A program made the position numbers and the translations under genes. Source: Macrostomum lignano (lineage: Eukaryota). Taken from it: a stretch of 64,000 nucleotides of DNA. The notes beneath the pieces were generated by a model, which was not told the origin of the DNA, made no database searches, and was given only the letters and a program-made list of their open reading frames with translations. Shown in pieces: positions 59,940 through 64,000 of this stretch (position 1 is its first letter; every line of letters begins with the position of its first letter). The DNA lies in contig NIVC01002556.1 in NCBI GenBank assembly GCA_002269645.1, positions 69,204 through 133,203 of the forward strand. The letters are read 5' to 3'.

Positions 59940-62931
59940 ATGCAAGGGCGCTTTCTGCTCACCTTAGCAACAGTTGCCGGGCTGTTGCTAGCCGGTTGCC
60001 AGGCGGATATTTACCTGCACTATCCGCGTGGCTCCAACAACCGCCTGAACGAGACATCGGCGGCGCGGACCAACGCTAATCGCCTATTCGACTCGCAGAA
60101 CAACAACAGGGGCGGCTACAATGTTGGCGAATTCGGTGCTCAGCAGTTCGACGAGAAATATTTCTACGGGTCCGGCGGCGCCAGCCGCCTCTCTGTGGAG
60201 TGGACGATGCAGCACGGATGCAGGGACGGGCGGCAGGGCTGCCGGGTGGTGGTGCAGGCCATGTGCCAGCCGCTGGCGGGCGCCGGCCTCGACACGCTGC
60301 GGAACGGCAACTCCACACAAACGCAGGGGTTTCAGGCAGCTGCCAAGCCGCTCGACGAGACCGTGGACAGCTTTTTGGCCAGGAAGGCGGCCTCCGCCAC
60401 CGCTCAACGAGGCCTGCACGAGCCTTTCGAGTGGTGAGGAACTAGCGATAAGCCTGCCGCGTCCACTAACTGACATTTTGGTCTGTGGTGTCCACAAACT
60501 GACATTTTGGTCTGTGTTGTCCACAAACTGACATTTTGGTCTGTGGTATCCACAAACTGACATTTTGGTCTGTGGTGTCCACAAACTGACATTTTGGTCT
60601 GTGGTGTCCACAAACTGACATTTTGGTCTGTGGTGTCCACAAACTGACATTTTGGTCTGTGTTGTCCACTAACTGACATTTTGGTCTGTGTTGTCCACTA
60701 ACTGACATTTTGGTCTGTGTTGTCCACAAACTGACATTTTGGTCTGTGGTGTCCACAAACTGACATTTTGGTCTGTGGTGTCCACAAACTGACATTTTGG
60801 TCTGTGGTGTCCACAAACTGACATTTTGGTCTGTGGTATCCACAAACTGACATTTTGGTCTGTGGTGTCCACAAACTGACATTTTGGTCTGTGGTGTCCA
60901 CAAACTGACATTTTGGTCTGTGGTATCCACAAACTGACATTTTGGTCTGTGGTGTCCACAAACTGACATTTTGGTCTTTGGTGTCCTGAGAGACCTAGAT
61001 TTGTGGAGGGACCAAAGTGGGCTCTGTATTCACTGTCTGATTTTTGTGATAACCGTTGAGTTGTCTAGGGTGATGCGGCGTTAAATGCTTTGAGTTGCCT
61101 AGGCTGTTCGCGCAGAAAATTCAAGTGCAATGAATTGCTTCTAATTAGCCTTTAATCTCAAAACTCGCGCGCTGGAACCAGGTACGACGCCTGTAACGCT
61201 CGGGAGCGGAACCGCGGCCTGTTCACCGCGGACCAGCGACTTCGGGGCGGCAGCGCCGTCTACACCAGGCAGAACCCCGCAGGTACCAGGCGCGGCTACG
61301 AGTGTCCCGAGGAGCGGGATTATTATCCCTACTGGCACCCGACGCCCTGGCTGGACGTGGCCGTCCTCACTGACAATCTGGCCGAGTGTCCTGCGCTCGT
61401 GGCCGCCTCGGCCGCGCCAACCCATGCCTGCGTGCGGACCTTCGCTGCGGACAGCGGCCGGCGGCTCTGGGCGGTGCCGGAGAACAACGAGTTCGACTGC
61501 GCCAAAAACGGCGGCCGCTTTGTGGCCTTCTACCCCTACCTGGAGGTGAGCTGGTGGGTTTTTTTATAGACACAATCGATTTCTTTATTGACTGCAACAC
61601 TAACTGCCAAGCGAATCACTCAAGAACTCTTAATAGTCAGACTTTTCCCGAGCTGAATGCAGTCGCTAAACATCTCGATGGTCTTGAATGCTGCTGACTT
61701 AAAACTTGCCCAGTCTTGTCCATATTATTATTCGGGGCCCACCCATTTGTACGTCACGTATCTCTACGTGCTCAGAACTCGCCCCCACCAGGTAGCTTCG
61801 GCCATAGACAACGAGGCCGCCTGCTCAGCCCGCGGCTACCGCTGGGCCGTGCCGCATCGGCACCGCCTTTCGAGCCTGCAGCCGGCCTGTCTGGTGCCGC
61901 CGCCGCCCCTGGACTGCCGCCTGGCTCCGACAACCCGCGACAACCACCTGGGAGACAAGCTGGGCGGCGGCCCCGTGGCCTACGACTGGCAGCTGCCCAA
62001 CTTTCCATCCGGCGACGCTCAGCGCTGCGTCCTGCGGCTGCGCTACAATCTGACCTCCTCGGACTCGGAGCAGCTAATCCGTCAGAATCCACTTGTGCAG
62101 CCCGGCCTGCAGCTGGCGGTCAACAGCAACCAAGTTGGTCGGGTGTTTCAGGACCGCAGCCACGTCTTCCAGCTGCATCGGGTGCCGGTGCCTGTGGCCA
62201 GCAATCTGCACCATGTCGGGGTTCGCGGCAAGCGAGGTGAGTGCAGGTGCACCAGTTCATCCCTATCTACAGGCAACAGTGCAGGTCCACCAGTTCATCT
62301 CATCTACAGGCAACAGTGCAGGTGCACCAATCCATCTCATCCACAGGCAACAGTGCAGGTGCACCAATCCATCTCATCCACAGGCAACATAGTGCAGGTG
62401 TACCCGGCAGTGGAGTACGACTTTACGCCAACGCGGCTGTCGGCCCGGGTCGGCGATCACCTGTTCCTGCAGTGGTCGGGCTCGAACTCGCACAACAACG
62501 GCGCCCCAGCCGGTGACGGCCAAGCCGGCGATGACGGCGCCGGGGCCGGCGGGACGGACCGCAGCAACCTGGCAGAGGCCGGCCACGCAAACGACAACCT
62601 GCCGCTGCCCTGGGAGGCGTCCGGCTTCCTCAACGACGGTGCCGGCCGCGCTGTGTGGGCGTGGCACGGCCAGCTGGACGGGCTGGCGCCGCGGGACTTC
62701 GGCCTGGCGCTGGCCTCGGCTGGCTACTATCGCTGTTTTGCTAAGGCTGCCTGTGGCGCTGACAGCGAAGAGGCGAAGACGCCGCTGGACCCGGAGCTGA
62801 ACGCCGCGCCGGCCAGCTTTCCGGGCCTCCTCATCCGACTGGACCGGGCCGGGCAGTTCAAGTTCATCTGCACTCGCAACAACAATTTCTCAAACAGGAG
62901 TCACAAATGGCTGCTCACGGTGACTGACTGA
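59940..62931 (+). CDS. DD3-3: DD3-3-like secreted protein; join(59940..60433,61182..61545,61792..62236,62384..62931), 616 aa
   Basis: Signal peptide, then DIYLHYPRGSNNRLNE, RLFDSQNNNRGGYN, ERNRGLFTADQ, GYECPEERDYYPYWHPTPW, VRGKRGNIVQVYPAVEYDF and CTRNNNFSNR, as recalled for the DD3-3 family. Exons sum to 1851 nt. Family call is from memory of motifs. Confidence 0.85.
60469..60985. repeat. 29-bp minisatellite (about 18 units) in DD3-3-like intron 1
   Basis: ACTGACATTTTGGTCTGTGGTGTCCACAA, period 29 (60469, 60498 and onward). Confidence 0.97.
62241..62400 (+). repeat. 37-bp tandem repeat (about 4 units) making up most of DD3-3-like intron 3
   Basis: GTGCAGGT(G/C)CACCA..CATC.CATC.ACAGGCAACA repeats; ACAG|GCAAC occurs with G at 62273, 62310, 62347 and 62384. 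Confidence 0.92.
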
Positions 62932-64000
62932 GCCGTGACTCGTGCGAGTTCAGTTCTGCATTCTGGCACCTGCTAGCCAACGGTTAGCCGACTCGGGGAA
63001 TTGTGTACCATTTTGATTACTTGGCGCGGTTTCCTATGAACCAAATGTTTATCTGCGCGCTATCTGATATTCAGCATCAATTTTAATTCACAACGCAAAA
63101 CTAATTTTTGCCTTCGTTGTAAATCAAATTTCTCGTCTTTCACAAAGTATTGATTGTAATATAAGTTTTTATGTGAATTCGCTTCTTTCCGAGTTTTAGA
63201 TTTTCAATGCGCTGTGATACTCCAGATTGGTGTAATCAATTTTGCTTTAATAAATTTACAATAAATGCATCACTTGATCGACCCCACGTTTTTATAAGAA
63301 AGAATCAATAATGGCTCATTCGTTAATAACCGGTAAAATTAATCATTTTTTTGCTGTGAAGTTCATGCTAACCAAGGACCTGAGGCGGAAGGCCTTTAAG
63401 TTCAATAGATGAAATGGCAGCAAACATTTTGTGCTGCTGTGCGCGTATAATTATATTTACAAACAGCGCGAGATTGAGATGGAGGTGCAAAAGGGTGGCC
63501 GGCCGGCTAGTCTGGTATTCTAGACAGAGCTAGACAGAGGTTGAGGGGTTTCAAGTGTGGCTGCACTGGTGCTTGCCGGTCGCGTACATTCTGGCCGCCA
63601 CACAGCTCCTCCCAGCACCGAGCTAGGCCCGAACGTCGGGTGATAGTCGAGGCAGCGAGAGTGCTGAGGAGCGGGCGACGAAGTCAGCCGGGCGCCGAAG
63701 GCGGCAGGGATCGAGGCGGGCGCCGAAAGCAGCAGGGGCAACAAGGCGGCAGGGGCGCGAGGCGGCGCCGGAAGGCAGCAGGGCGCAGAACACATGCAGC
63801 CGGGGCGCGGCAGTCGACAGTCAGTTGCCACCGTGAGCCGGGTCGATTCTCCTGCACAGAGGCTGGGGACGTTAGGCTAGCAACAGCGGTTCTAACCTAC
63901 ATGTAGCTCGTAGAATGAGCTGCAGCGTGGCGGTGGTTGGTCCAACGCGGGGGCCAAAAGGCGAAACCCCAGGAGCTACGGGGGCGGCTGACTGAGCCGA

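Noticed and set aside
63440-64000. GC-rich segment with ORFs on both strands at the window end
   Set aside because: No recognisable motif in the frames examined; truncated by the window edge.

Overview
This is eukaryotic (animal) genomic DNA: GC-rich spliced genes in AT-rich, minisatellite- and TE-rich DNA. The style is consistent with a free-living flatworm such as Macrostomum, but that is inference. Positions 1-51994 form one large inverted duplication. The left arm runs 1-22625 and continues off the window. The right arm runs about 25160-51994. The centre holds a 185-N gap, a (TTAG)n tract and an RT-deleted LOA-type LINE. Each arm carries an intact class III alcohol dehydrogenase (ADH5/GSNOR) gene and an intact clan-2 cytochrome P450 gene, tail-to-tail, giving ADH> <CYP | CYP> <ADH. 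The inner core (8238-22625 vs 25160-39946) is almost identical between arms. The outer parts differ by arm-specific insertions: a Ngaro/DIRS-like gag-RT with a SAP domain, a 3.85 kb TIR element with a 4-bp TSD, MITEs and foldback elements. Past the duplication lie three co-oriented genes: an HMG20-like HMG-box protein, PSMA2 and a DD3-3-like secreted protein, each with an AG acceptor just before its ATG. Main caveat: the gap at the inner end of the left arm means the palindrome could be two haplotype or homeolog contigs mis-scaffolded tail-to-tail. All coordinates were read by eye; no database searches were run.
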